A stretch of DNA of 64,000 nt from Bacteroidales bacterium. Its GTDB lineage: Bacteria; Bacteroidota; Bacteroidia; Bacteroidales; JAAUTT01. The notes beneath the pieces are model-generated. The model saw only the letters and a list, made by a program, of their open reading frames with translations, ran no database searches and had not been told where the DNA came from. The stretch is taken from assembly GCA_036261135.1 (NCBI GenBank), contig DATALJ010000205.1, forward strand, positions 760 through 64,759. The letters are read 5' to 3'. Each line of letters opens with the position of its first letter. The stretch's first letter is position 1. The position numbers and the translations under genes were made by a program. Of this stretch, positions 63,999-64,000 are shown piece by piece.

Positions 63999-64000
63999 AT

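Noticed and set aside
1-64000. Searched by eye for tRNA/rRNA/tmRNA signatures, integrase/transposase/phage genes and known defence-system genes.
   Set aside because: None were found. All large ORFs have housekeeping, regulatory or envelope assignments, so I do not claim a mobile element or defence island.

Overview
This window looks like a chromosomal segment of a Bacteroidota-type genome. The evidence is two T9SS type-B cargo/PorP-SprF gene pairs, LytTR/His_kinase two-component systems, DUF3667/DUF4197/DUF4296 families and a TTTG/TAnnTTTG-type promoter. I count about 45 protein-coding genes. I saw no rRNA, tRNA, CRISPR array, integrase or transposase. The left end is a housekeeping block: rplM (partial), rpsI, rpsB, tsf, pyrH, frr. 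The remainder mixes three kinds of genes. Regulators: two LytTR systems, a hybrid kinase, a PhoR-like kinase, an AraC regulator, a SpoIIE phosphatase and a HigA-like HTH. Envelope functions: a 3415-aa adhesin plus PorP, a second partial adhesin plus PorP, two GT-C-like membrane proteins, Wza/Wzc, an S41 peptidase and fused CcsBA. Metabolism: ppa, a GH3, maeB, an M24 peptidase, ribE, an esterase and a CaCA antiporter. I did not find a clear, self-contained new 'system' such as a defence island. The most unusual signals are listed here. (1) An array of seven full and one truncated ~42-bp units, most able to form two short stem-loops, fills the pyrH-frr spacer. (2) A family of ~105-bp palindromic REP/MITE-like elements is built on ATTCCGG/CCGGAAT hairpins. 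(3) An 81-nt, ~73% GC, in-frame island with the same motif sits inside a histidine-kinase gene and may be an exonised repeat. (4) The giant T9SS type-B protein combines a glycoside-hydrolase-like head, LamG lectin domains, about 11 Ig-like modules and an embedded golvesin-C-like domain. (5) Two tightly packed same-strand gene chains have no described function: GT-C-like/beta-barrel/S41, and adhesin/PorP/DUF4296/mini-amidohydrolase/radical SAM. (6) Five of the eight convergent gene junctions have overlapping or nearly abutting stop codons. All functional calls come from reading the translated motifs. No database search was run.
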